Positions 39,050 through 48,824 of a stretch of DNA of 64,000 bases are shown one piece after another. This DNA comes from Candidatus Poribacteria bacterium. Lineage in GTDB: Bacteria > Poribacteria > WGA-4E > PCPOR2b. Position 1 is the stretch's first letter. Every line of letters starts with the position of its first letter. The notes beneath the pieces are model-generated. The model ran no database searches, was not told the origin of the DNA, and was given only the letters and a program-made list of their open reading frames with translations. Made by a program: the position numbers and the translations under genes. The stretch spans positions 320,001 through 384,000 of the forward strand of contig OZ220744.1 in NCBI GenBank assembly GCA_965116925.1. The letters are read 5' to 3'.

Positions 39050-39271
39050 ATGACTACGCAAGAGTTTTTCAAACTGAGGATAAATAGAGTCGATACAATC
39101 GCCGCTAAACAATCCGGGCTACCTCCTCTATTCTACGCTATCAAGCGATGCTACGGCGATGATCAGGCATCAGACTATCTCCGTGATGCAAAACAAACGA
39201 CATTGTCTCTAAACGCCGTTTTCAACACAGGAAACAATCCCAACCGGTTGCAGGTAGAGGTGTTTGTCTGA
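39050..39271 (+). CDS. Small hypothetical protein
   Basis: AAGGAG RBS. Confidence 0.45.
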   Translation: MTTQEFFKLRINRVDTIAAKQSGLPPLFYAIKRCYGDDQASDYLRDAKQTTLSLNAVFNTGNNPNRLQVEVFV

Positions 39272-39591
39272 CGGGGCTAGCCAACCAAAGACAGACATCT
39301 CCTAAAAATCTCAGTAGAATGTCGGATTCGCAACCGGTTTCCATGTCAAGCACGACTTTCCACGTGAGCCGGGAACTGGTCGCTGATCGCTGCGACATTG
39401 CATCATTGTCGTTATCAAAGTGGATTTCGTCAAAACGATCTATTCCACTTGGGGTGCCAGCGCCGACCTATTTGTGTTCATTCAAGGACAGGCAATAAAA
39501 AAGGCGAATGGACAAAACCATTCGCCTAATGAAGCCCGCCGGCTATACATTTTAAGAATCAGCTTAAACACTGGCGATTTCCACTACCGCG

Positions 39592-40094
39592 TCATCTCTT
39601 CCACCCATATTCATAGATTCGCCACAGCCCATCTACTTTCTTCATTTTAACGAGGTAGTCTGGTACGGAGATCGGTGTTTCTGCCTCGATCTCCACATTC
39701 AAAGGCAGCTCCGGCAGCCCCATTGCAGGCATGCTTAATTGGAAATGGAACTCATCACCAACATACTTGCTGTTCGCAATGTCTGCTTGACTAAACGTTT
39801 TAAGCACGTGCTCGAATCCCGAATGCTCTCCTACCTCACTCCTCTCAATCGTAGTTGTATCGATCGTATATCCTTGCGACGCCGCTATCTCCTCAAACTT
39901 TTTGACATCCTCAGCCGTTATCGTTCTATCTGATCTCTCATAGAGATTACCACTTTCCTCATCTCTTTTTAAAGTCTCTGTCAATAACGGGAGCATTGCT
40001 TCAAAGTCAGCATTACGCCACGCCTCCATGAAAGTATACATCACATCTTCAGCGGACTGACCCATATCGTCTAATAAAGCAGAGGTATCGATAA
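39592..40094 (-). pseudogene. 5'-truncated hypothetical gene (NTF2/DUF4878-like C-terminus), cut by the IS3 element
   Basis: Frame open up to the IS end; AEDVM..FMEAW..ADF and VKMKKVDGLWRI motifs. Confidence 0.6.
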
Positions 40095-40213
40095 TGTAAT
40101 TACCCCCAAAACCTGGGCACCTGAATAAGATATATTTTGGACTATAAAACAGTCGTCATCTGTGCGAGAATATGGGTCAGAAACGCCTAACAAAGAAAGG
40201 AGTTTTCACCCCC

Positions 40214-40504
40214 ATGTCCCGTAGAAAGCAGTACACGAGTCAATTTAAAGCACAGGTGGCTATTGAAGCGATAAAAAATCAACAAACAGTCGCTCAGATA
40301 GCCAGTGCATATGGAGTGCACCCGACTCAAGTCAACCAATGGAAGAAACAGGTGCTTGAGCAATTACCTCAATTGTTTACCAACGGACGCTCAAAACAAA
40401 AGCGGAGGCTGACACCGACCAGTTAGTAGCAGAACTGTATCGTCAAATCGGTCAGTTGAAGGTGGAGTTGGACTGGCTTGAAAAAAAAACTCAACCTTTC
40501 CGTT
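40214..40504 (+). pseudogene. IS3 OrfA with a frameshift near 40398
   Basis: MSRRKQYTSQFKAQVA..; the conserved ELYRQIGQLKVELDWL continues in the -1 frame. Confidence 0.75.
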
Positions 40505-41323
40505 GAACAGAAACGACAGTTGATTGACAAGACGTGCCATGGTCTTTCGGTTGTCAGACAATGTGAGCTGTTAGGCTTGGCTAGAGCCTCGTTCTATTAC
40601 CAGCCTATAGGCGAATCGGCACAAAATCTACGCTACATGCGGTTGATAGATGAGCAGTACACAAAAACACCGTTTTACGGCGTGCCTCGATTGACCGCAT
40701 GGTTGCGTTCTGAAGGCTATAGTATCAACCCAAAACGGGTGGCACGGTTGATGCGGAAGATGGGATTAGCGGCTATCTATCCCAAACCCACAGCTTCAGC
40801 TACGGGCAACCCATCGAAAACGTATCCCTATTTACTCAAGGGACTAAGTATCATTAGACCCAATCAGGTTTGGGCAACGGATATCACCTATATTCGCCTG
40901 ACCAGTGGGTTTGTGTATCTGGTAGCGGTTATGGATTGGTTCTCCCGGTATGTGTTGTCGTGGGAACTGTCAAACTCACTCGACGTATACTTTTGTCTAT
41001 CGGCTCTCGAACGTGCCCTTAGCCAATCCAAACCCTTGATATTCAACAATGACCAAGGCAGTCAGTTCACTTCTGATGCCTTTACTAATCGACTCAAAGC
41101 CGCTGATATTGCCATCAGTTGGGACGGAAGAGGTAGCTATTTTGACAATATCTTCATTGAACGGCTTTGGCGCAGTGTCAAGTATGAGGAGGTTTATCTC
41201 AACGACTATGATTCGGTGACTACGGCTTGTTGTCGATTGAGAGATTATTTCAACTTTTACAATCAACACCGGTTTCATCAAGCACTTAACTATCGAACAC
41301 CTCACGAGGTGTATTTCCAGTAA
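40478..41323 (+). CDS. IS3 OrfB DDE transposase
   Basis: WATDITY, DQGSQF, DNIFIERLWRSVKYE; A9 slippery run at 40481-40489. Confidence 0.92.
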   Translation: MKKKLNLSVEQKRQLIDKTCHGLSVVRQCELLGLARASFYYQPIGESAQNLRYMRLIDEQYTKTPFYGVPRLTAWLRSEGYSINPKRVARLMRKMGLAAIYPKPTASATGNPSKTYPYLLKGLSIIRPNQVWATDITYIRLTSGFVYLVAVMDWFSRYVLSWELSNSLDVYFCLSALERALSQSKPLIFNNDQGSQFTSDAFTNRLKAADIAISWDGRGSYFDNIFIERLWRSVKYEEVYLNDYDSVTTACCRLRDYFNFYNQHRFHQALNYRTPHEVYFQ

Positions 41324-41409
41324 AATCAGGCGTTTACACTGGACCACGTTGCTCAGATTTTATATCTTAAATCCCATTCATCGCTGTCTAAAGGATGGGG
41401 GTAAGCTCA

Positions 41410-41507
41410 GCCTCAATGTCCGGTGTTACAACTTGCCCGATGATGATACCGACTGCCAGAATACCTGCACCTAATGGCATATATCCCAACTTCTGCTTGT
41501 GGTTCAT
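41410..41507 (-). pseudogene. N-terminal fragment of an exported protein cut by the IS3 element
   Basis: AGGAGG RBS then MNHKQKLGYMPLGAGILAVGIIIGQVVTPDIE up to the IS end. Confidence 0.65.
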
Positions 41508-41528
41508 CTGAAATCCTCCTGTAGCGTT

Positions 41529-42353
41529 TTATCTGCTTTTCAAAGCCTTATCCAAATGTTTAGGGAGCATGACGAATCCGCTTTTGAAGATGCTCTCATA
41601 TTTCCCTCCACTCGATTTCCGGGTCAAGATGATAAAGTTGTAGGTGCGGTATGACCCTCCGATCGCATAGACTGCTTCGTGAAACAGAATATCTTCAGTC
41701 CCGTCGCCATTAAAGTCCGCCCGGACCACTTCAGTTAAGTATTGCTTCAATCCATCGTCTTTACAAACAAACTTGTGTGGGGTATTCTCTATCACTTCGA
41801 GTTCCCCCTTTTCCGCTTGGTCATGATAAGTTTCATTCTCAATATCGCGCCCGTAGGTCTGCTCATAATCGCTCACGATAGGAAAAAGTTTAAGTGGCAA
41901 TAACTTGAGATCAAACAGTTCTTGGTTGTGGGGCGGCAAAAAACTCCGTTTATGGCGGGTTGCTCGCTGAAGTAATTGAAGCGTTCCACATGGATACTTG
42001 AACCATGATGCCATTGCTATGTCGTAGGTTGAGCCGGGAGCGTAGCCAGCCTCCAGTGCATCATCATATTCTCTACACGTACGCACATGGAGTTTTTCTT
42101 TTTGCCTGTGCCTTAGCGTTGCTCCATCAGTTTTGTTCCCTCCCATATCAACGGGCAAATCGCGAAGGGCTTCAATCTCGGCTTTGGTGAAGGATTTTCT
42201 TTCGATGCCGTCTGCGAACTTTAGAGGCTTGGCCAGTTCAAAGGTAATATCCTCTATTTTCTCTTGGTTAACCTTCTCTTCTTGTGCGAATGCGGTGATT
42301 GTCAATGCGAACAAGCAACTGAGCGCGATATAAAACGGACGATTCGATTTCAT
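41529..42353 (-). CDS. Secreted hypothetical protein with a Ca-binding DFNGDG motif
   Basis: Signal peptide ending AFA-Q; RADFNGDGTEDIL. Confidence 0.8.
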   Translation of the reverse strand: MKSNRPFYIALSCLFALTITAFAQEEKVNQEKIEDITFELAKPLKFADGIERKSFTKAEIEALRDLPVDMGGNKTDGATLRHRQKEKLHVRTCREYDDALEAGYAPGSTYDIAMASWFKYPCGTLQLLQRATRHKRSFLPPHNQELFDLKLLPLKLFPIVSDYEQTYGRDIENETYHDQAEKGELEVIENTPHKFVCKDDGLKQYLTEVVRADFNGDGTEDILFHEAVYAIGGSYRTYNFIILTRKSSGGKYESIFKSGFVMLPKHLDKALKSR

Positions 42354-42648
42354 GATAATCTCCTTTACGAATTTTTAGGATTACGCCTGACAAGGCTTGT
42401 GGTATAGCGGGGTAGTCCCCACCCCAAGACACTGACCGATCTACTGGGGCTGTAGTCAAATCGGTGTTAATGTTGTGTAAGGATTATTACAACACACTAT
42501 TATAACCGATGCGATGCCTATATTGCAATGGAAAATCTTGTTATACAGCGTGCTTTTTATCTTGTAATATATTGCATGGAGTATTATAATAAAAGGGACG
42601 CAGAATATTGTTCTGAATATCCCAAAACACAAGAAGGGAGGGAGGATT

Positions 42649-42846
42649 GTGAGGGAACGATACACCGAAAGGCTTACCATCAACCTGACAGAAACTTTGA
42701 AAGACAAAATTAAGAATGCCGCCGCTAAGTTGGATTGGAATGTTTCTGATGTTGTGCGCGAATGTGTCGAAGTTGAACTCTCACGGCTCATCGACCGTGA
42801 AACCAAACGGACAAAACGTAGGACACAGCAAAACGATAACTCGTAA
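42649..42846 (+). CDS. Ribbon-helix-helix (CopG-like) DNA-binding protein
   Basis: RLTINL..TLKDKIKNAA....NVSDVVRE; GGAGG RBS. Confidence 0.7.
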   Translation: MRERYTERLTINLTETLKDKIKNAAAKLDWNVSDVVRECVEVELSRLIDRETKRTKRRTQQNDNS

Positions 42847-43182
42847 AACCCACGCCAACACTGAACCGGGTAGTTTTTTAGCCCCCGGACAATTTATAGG
42901 ACAGGAGCAAATATGAGCATCAAGAACAACTTCAGGGATGGGAGACCACGCTTGAGCAGGAAGCAAAAGACGGAAACGAGGATGCACAGTATATCCTCGA
43001 CTAGATGAAACGCAACAGGCGGCTCCACTCTCAGCGACACCTAAAGCCCCGTCCCTTCTTGCAGGGCGTGAAGTCAAAGAAGATAATTGTCCAGTTACGC
43101 AGATGCTGTACGTTTCACATCCCTTGACTCGTTACACTCATACACTCTGTTTAGGTGTCATGGTGTAGCTCCGTTCCGGTTA

Positions 43183-43383
43183 TTAAGTTGTTCTGAGGGC
43201 GTAAACCCCTCGCTTGACTCTTACTATATCACCTGTGTCGATGAGCCCCTTGATTTCGTCCATGATGGCTGTGCGTGATCCGTTTAGGCGGTCAACGATT
43301 TCGGCGGTGGTTAGTTGTTCTTTGGCAAGCAGATTTATGATACTTTCGCTAATTGTCGGATGTGGTTGACTTGCTATAGTATA
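43183..43383 (-). pseudogene. C-terminal winged-helix fragment truncated by IS982
   Basis: IINLL...LTTAEIVDRL..GDIVRVKRGVY. Confidence 0.55.
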
Positions 43384-44306
43384 ACGCAAGTTGCTAGTGT
43401 ATTATTTGATGATGAGCGTAATCATAGTAGCAATGAGAAACAAAACGACTTTTATCTCGAATCCAGCGGCAGTCACGGCATGAATAGAGCGTGGTAGGCG
43501 TTGGGTGATGAGACTATTTGTTACCTCTATACGCTTCCTGCGGTGATTGTGGAGGAAAACTTCCCACGACTTATATTGCCGCTTGCTGTTCTTTTTTCGC
43601 AACGGCTTGAGCGTAATACCGGCTTCAGCTAATGCATCTTCAATGCCATAATTACAGTAGGCTCTATCTGCATAAACAGTTGCCCCTTGAGGGAGGTCAA
43701 ACGGATAGTATCGCAATCCCATCACATCGCTACAACTGCCCGGTGTTAAAAAGAACTCAACCGGTACGCCATCTTCAGTGACCATCAGATGCAGTTTGAG
43801 TCCATAGAAGTATCTCCGTTTACTGGCTATCACCCCGCGCCACACTTCCCCTTGATACAGTTTGGCATTAGAGATACGAATGGGGTCACACACTGGGACG
43901 GGATACGAGTCGATGACATAGAGTTGGTCTGGGTTTTGAGCTTTACAGTCTGTGGCTATAGATTCAAAAAGTCTTTGAAACATCGGTGCAATTTGGTGGA
44001 GGCGTCGGTTGAATCGTGTTTTACTGAGCATATTGGGAATATATCCCTGCTCTTTGAGTAGCTGACGTGCCTTCTGTTGATTGCCACCGAACAGTTCGGC
44101 TGCGACTCAGGCAGTGGTCATCACTTCTGCGGCAGACATTTTGGCTCTTGGGTCGTCTAAGTATCGGTGTTGAATTAAGAGATCGTCACAAATTGTATAA
44201 AATGCTACGATTACTAAGTCCATGGGATTCTCCTGTTTTATGAGTTTTGTTTAGAACACAAATACTCTAACGGAAATCCCATGGATATTCAACTAGCAAC
44301 TTGCGT
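43384..44306 (-). mobile_element. IS982-family insertion sequence
   Basis: TIR ACGCAAGTTGCTAGT / ACTAGCAACTTGCGT around a DDE transposase. Confidence 0.9.
43402..44223 (-). pseudogene. IS982 transposase with an in-frame TGA at 44107-44109
   Basis: MDLVIVAFYTICDD..EVMTTA*VAAELFGGN..RFNRRL, IDSYPV, FYGLKLHL, YADRAY, RKRIE. Confidence 0.88.
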
Positions 44307-44707
44307 TACATAAGGTAAATGCTAGAATTACTTTACAATACGACATACGCTTTTTTAGCCACAGGCTGTTAGTATAGCGCGCATAGGTGGACACGCCCAC
44401 GCAGATTCACCTGTTTCCTAATAACGAGGCTTACATCAGTTCAATTTTCATTTGGTCATATCACTCTAACCGGACGCAACGTCTTAGCGTGTCTGCATTC
44501 ACGCCGAGTTGTTCGCCTTTTCCCTTTGCTTCCCACTTTGCTGTTTCCAGCAACGCAGTTAAGGTGAGGTTTGCAGTGGTAAGTTCACTGAGTCGGAATC
44601 TAACCGACATTATACATCGTTACTTAGAATCGCAACTAGCAACTTAGGTTATCTTAACCCCAGTGATTGGAAGTTGGGGATTCGGAAGAAGCGAGCCGAA
44701 TCCAATA

Positions 44708-45784
44708 TTACATGTTAAGACCAAACAATTCCGCGGCATTGCCACCGAAGATTTGCACTTTCTCGCTGTCGGGGATATCCATTTCCTCAACAAGCGTCAC
44801 AAAAATTTGCGGATCAACCCAAGGGTGGTCGGTGCCAAACACCAGATACTCTGGTCCAGAAAAGTCGTAAGCGTATCGCAACGCTTGTGTAGACGGAGAA
44901 ACGGTGTCCAAATAAATGCGGCGCATGTAGGCACTTGGGGGGTGTTTAATGTGTTCCCGCCCGCGTCCCATCACTTCCGTTTGATGCTCAATGCGGCCCA
45001 TCATGTACGGCAAAACGCCGCCGACATGAGGCATGACAACCTTCAACCGAGGATACCGCTCAAGCACGCCGCCGAGTATTAACCGCAAGAGCGCGAAACT
45101 GGTGTCTACCTGAAGCCCCATCATGGGAATCATTGAGTGATCCTTAATCGCCTCTCCCCATGTTGGGACTGTGGGATGCAAGACAATCGGTAACTCCTTC
45201 GCTTGAGCGTGGCTGTAGATGGGGTCGAAAGCTGGGTCATCCACAGGGCGTCCGCCGATGTGTGAATACAGCATAACACCACAGAACCCTAGGTTATGTG
45301 CACGGTTCATCTCATCAATGGTGGCGTTCACATCCTGCCAAGGGAGGCTAGCAAGTCCCGCAAATCGGTCGGGGTGTTGCTGAATCATCTCCGCAATGGC
45401 ATCGTTGATTGTCTGCGCGCCTTTGATAGCCAAATCGGGAGCAAGCATACAGGGCCCCGGGATATTGGTGCTGATAAGTGCCATGTCAATACCTGCTCTA
45501 TCCATGTCTTGGAGTTTACGTTTGGGGAGATACATCTCCTCCTGTAGCCGAAACTGCTGGACATCACCGTAAGTGATGACAAACTCGTTACCCTGCTGTT
45601 CGCTTGAGATACTCGGGATTTCGCGCCCACTCCTACGCTCTCCAGTCAAGGCATCCGAACAAGCTGATCCATCAGAGCTATCCCGCTCTGTGCGTCGAAA
45701 TTCAATCTGCGGTGGATGGGGGTTTTGGGCAAGCACATCAATATACGCCCGAGGAAATATGTGGCTTTGACAGTCGATCCGCAT
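44708..45784 (-). CDS. Amidohydrolase_2 family protein (ACMSD/decarboxylase-like)
   Basis: IDCQSH, LHP, MPHVGG, FGTDHPW, GNAAELF. Confidence 0.9.
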   Translation of the reverse strand: MRIDCQSHIFPRAYIDVLAQNPHPPQIEFRRTERDSSDGSACSDALTGERRSGREIPSISSEQQGNEFVITYGDVQQFRLQEEMYLPKRKLQDMDRAGIDMALISTNIPGPCMLAPDLAIKGAQTINDAIAEMIQQHPDRFAGLASLPWQDVNATIDEMNRAHNLGFCGVMLYSHIGGRPVDDPAFDPIYSHAQAKELPIVLHPTVPTWGEAIKDHSMIPMMGLQVDTSFALLRLILGGVLERYPRLKVVMPHVGGVLPYMMGRIEHQTEVMGRGREHIKHPPSAYMRRIYLDTVSPSTQALRYAYDFSGPEYLVFGTDHPWVDPQIFVTLVEEMDIPDSEKVQIFGGNAAELFGLNM

Positions 45785-46090
45785 TAAAATCTCTCCTTCT
45801 CAGCAGCATCGTTTCTACGAAAATCTAATTCAATTGAATCATCGACGGAGGCATGAAACTTTTGAATGCAAGATTCCCCAAATAAACTCCATTATACAAA
45901 ATCAGATTGGGAAGTCAATAGGAAAATCTCACTCTCCCCTGTCGTAGTGTTAGGTGGCTGTCGCAGCCCAACTCACAGTGTAACTAAAGATCTGCTAAAT
46001 GCGTTTCAATATTTTATTTGAAGAAATTTGTGAAATCTTCTCACCAACTATAATAATGGTACTGACTCAAACGTTCAAGCGGGCAGACCT

Positions 46091-46651
46091 ATGATTCCCG
46101 ACGAAATCTACGTCCAAAAAACAGTTGAAGGAGATGCGGAAGCGTTCAATGAATTGGTGCAGCGCCACCATGCTAGGATTTATGGGCTTGCTTATCGGAT
46201 GCTTGGTAACCCTGATGATGCCTCGGACGCGACGCAAGAAGCGTTTCTTGAAGCTTACAAATCTATCCAATCCTTCCAATTCCAGTCGAAGTTTTTGACA
46301 TGGATGTACCGAGTGGGGATCAACGTTTGTCAGCAGTACAAACGTCGGTCAGATTCCCGTGAGCGTACATTAACCTTTTATGCGAGGGATGTTCAGGAAA
46401 GAGACGGGCAATATCCGAGCAATGCTCCAGATCGAATCCTTCTGAAAACAGAACGTGACCAGTTAGTACAACATGCGATTGATCAATTGCCATCGAAACA
46501 GCGGATCGTTGTTACTCTGTTCTATATGCAGCAGATGAAATATCGTGAAATTGCCGAATTACTTGATTGTTCGGAGGGTACAGTTGCCTCGCGCTTGAAT
46601 ACAGCGATGAGGAACCTCAAGTCAAAACTTGAAGGCTTAAACCTCCACTAA
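46091..46651 (+). CDS. ECF sigma-70 factor (RpoE/SigW-like)
   Basis: GDAEAFNELV, DATQEAF, TWMYRV, YREIAELL..SEGTVASRL. Confidence 0.95.
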   Translation: MIPDEIYVQKTVEGDAEAFNELVQRHHARIYGLAYRMLGNPDDASDATQEAFLEAYKSIQSFQFQSKFLTWMYRVGINVCQQYKRRSDSRERTLTFYARDVQERDGQYPSNAPDRILLKTERDQLVQHAIDQLPSKQRIVVTLFYMQQMKYREIAELLDCSEGTVASRLNTAMRNLKSKLEGLNLH

Positions 46652-46752
46652 GCTGACAATGCAAATAGCCCTATAGACCCGAATCCAGATTAGGTAAGGG
46701 CTTAGATTAAGCGGAAGTTATACGGACGATTATTCCGATTCAAAAATTTAGA

Positions 46753-46898
46753 GGCTCATATAAAGAATTGGTGTAACCGAAACCGATCGCGTTCATGAGT
46801 TCACTCGGTTGTTAATGAACCGATGGACTAATGTTTTTTACGTTTTACGCATCACGTTTTACGCATTTTGTATTTTGCACGTTCTTTTAACATGAGCC
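46753..46898. mobile_element. MITE (GGCTCATG family) between sigma and anti-sigma genes
   Basis: GGCTCATATAAAG...CTTTTAACATGAGCC; interior homologous to 52611-52750. Confidence 0.75.
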
Positions 46899-46918
46899 AA
46901 TACAGAAAAGGGACAAAT

Positions 46919-47455
46919 ATGAGTCTCGACTGTAAGCAAGTTATCGAATATTTTAGTCTACATCAACATCCGGACCTAACAGATCAAAAAAGGATTGAAT
47001 ACAGACGACATCTCCTCGAATGTGAAGTTTGCCAAAACGAATATGAGGAGATGTTACACACTGCCGCTGTGCTCGAAAGTATTCCAGATCCTGTTCCGCC
47101 ACCGGAACTTGTCGAGCGCATTCAGACCCAAATCCGTCAAACTCGTCGGCACTCCATTTTGGACTTTCTAGTGAATCCAATTGCGCGTATCCTTGTTGCC
47201 ATCAAATTAGGACCTCACCCTACCTTTGTCAACTACACTGCGATGCTCTTTTACTTAATGTTGACAATCTTTATGGTCAAGTTGACGTTTTTTAATTCGA
47301 CAGAACCTCCATCTAGTGAGTTGATGCGCCCGCTATCGCCCCAAGTTCGTATTGTCCGGTTGGGTGATGTGAAACATTCTTCGCTCAAAGCGGGCAGGAT
47401 AGAGAAAGAAAAGTCTAACGAAATTCCGATTCAGGCCACTCCAAGTAATTTTTAA
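46919..47455 (+). CDS. Zinc-finger (zf-HC2) anti-sigma factor
   Basis: HLLECEVC motif followed by a TM helix. Confidence 0.85.
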   Translation: MSLDCKQVIEYFSLHQHPDLTDQKRIEYRRHLLECEVCQNEYEEMLHTAAVLESIPDPVPPPELVERIQTQIRQTRRHSILDFLVNPIARILVAIKLGPHPTFVNYTAMLFYLMLTIFMVKLTFFNSTEPPSSELMRPLSPQVRIVRLGDVKHSSLKAGRIEKEKSNEIPIQATPSNF

Positions 47456-47821
47456 CAAAATTTTAACAAAAACCGTTTAGGTCTAAATCCCAATTCTTTA
47501 GATTTGGGAGTACGTCAATAGTATCACATAGCTTTCCAAACTTAGCACTTGATAAAACGCCGTGAGCCTCAAAGATTCAAACTTGGCAACACGGCGTTTT
47601 TTTATTAATCGAGGGAAAGGTATTGGCAATTTTCCATTTTTACTTGCATAATTCCGTCCCTTATGATACTATTTAATCTGCCGCGAGAAATCCTTCTCAA
47701 GAGGAAAGCCAATCGCGGTTTTTTTGTGTATCAGCCAGATAATTGGGATGCTGGAGATTCAACACTAAGATATTGCATCTAGTATCGTTGCTTGATTACA
47801 GTTTTACTCTTCGGTCTTTTT

Positions 47822-47850
47822 AAGAGTGGGGTGGGTTTTCCCGCTCTTTA
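47822..47850 (+). promoter_or_regulatory. rimP leader hairpin
   Basis: AAGAGTGGG..CCCGCTCTTT upstream of rimP, matching the known leader pattern. Confidence 0.65.
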
Positions 47851-47859
47851 TTATTTTTA

Positions 47860-48234
47860 ACCCAAATTGCTAGAGCGTATTGACATTTATCAGGAGATTT
47901 GGTCATAAATCAATGCTGATATGGCAGGTCAGCAAACCTTTCACAGGCAACCACTTTAGCGTAGCACGCTTATGTAAAATCGCTCAAATATAGAGACCAT
48001 CGGGATACTCGGCACACCTGTCAATTATGAATACCCGTCTAGGCCATTGAAAATATTTTTTTACCTGTCAGTGCCCTGCCAAACCGCGGAATCGTACCGG
48101 TGTGCAATGTAGATAGTCAGACCGCTTGGCTTCATTCGTGTTATGGGGCGTTTCACAATTACTATCTTGTAAATCCTTCAATCCGGAGAATCCTGATTCG
48201 GACAAGCAGCCACACTATAACTAGCAACTTGCGT
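47860..48234. mobile_element. IS982-derived MITE with 8-bp target duplication TATTTTTA
   Basis: ACCCAAATTGCTAG / CTAGCAACTTGCGT ends; TATTTTTA on both sides. Confidence 0.85.
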
Positions 48235-48309
48235 TATTTTTAATGAAAGACTGGGGTCAAGCGGAGTCAGAGAACATCAAACTGCTTTGCAACCAATCTT
48301 ATCGGGGGC

Positions 48310-48795
48310 ATGTTGGTGCCTTTTGGCACTGTGCACAATATGACATCTTCACTAGCATCTTCAGTTTCCGATCTCCTATCACTTGTTCTAGCTGATGAAG
48401 GAATTGAGTTAGTTGATGTCGAATATCAAGTTGATACCCAGACGTTAAAACTTTTGATTCATAAGCCCGGTGGTGTAAGCACCGAAGATTGCCAACAGGT
48501 CAGTCGCATTGCGAACCCGATTCTTGATGTGCATGACATGATACTAGGCGCATACAATCTTGAAGTCGCTTCGCCGGGACTGAATCGACCGATTATTACA
48601 GAAGCCGATTTCCGCAGGAATTTGGGACAAAAGGTGCAAGTCGAGGTGTCCACCACAACCGAAAATTGTTCACAATTGAACGGCACCCTAAACCAAGTCA
48701 GCGATGGGGAAATCTTGCTGACCCTGTGTTCTGGAAAGACGGTTCAAATTGCAATTTCCGATATTGTTCAAGCCCAAATCCAGTTGATGTGGTAA
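48310..48795 (+). CDS. rimP: Ribosome maturation factor RimP
   Basis: IELVDVE, DCQQVSR, YNLEVASPGLNRP; first gene of the nusA-infB operon. Confidence 0.95.
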   Translation: MLVPFGTVHNMTSSLASSVSDLLSLVLADEGIELVDVEYQVDTQTLKLLIHKPGGVSTEDCQQVSRIANPILDVHDMILGAYNLEVASPGLNRPIITEADFRRNLGQKVQVEVSTTTENCSQLNGTLNQVSDGEILLTLCSGKTVQIAISDIVQAQIQLMW

Positions 48796-48824
48796 AGGTT
48801 TGGATGGAGGGCGGAGTTCATACA

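Larger units (their letters stand above)
40095..41409 (+). mobile_element. IS3-family insertion sequence
   Basis: TG...CA ends with imperfect TIR (TGTAATTACCCCCA / TGGGGGTAAGCTCA), orfA HTH and orfB rve integrase. Confidence 0.92.

Noticed and set aside
44107..44109. Selenocysteine or recoded TGA in the IS982 transposase
   Set aside because: The position is a hydrophobic helix residue with no evident SECIS, and TGA is a normal stop in other genes here
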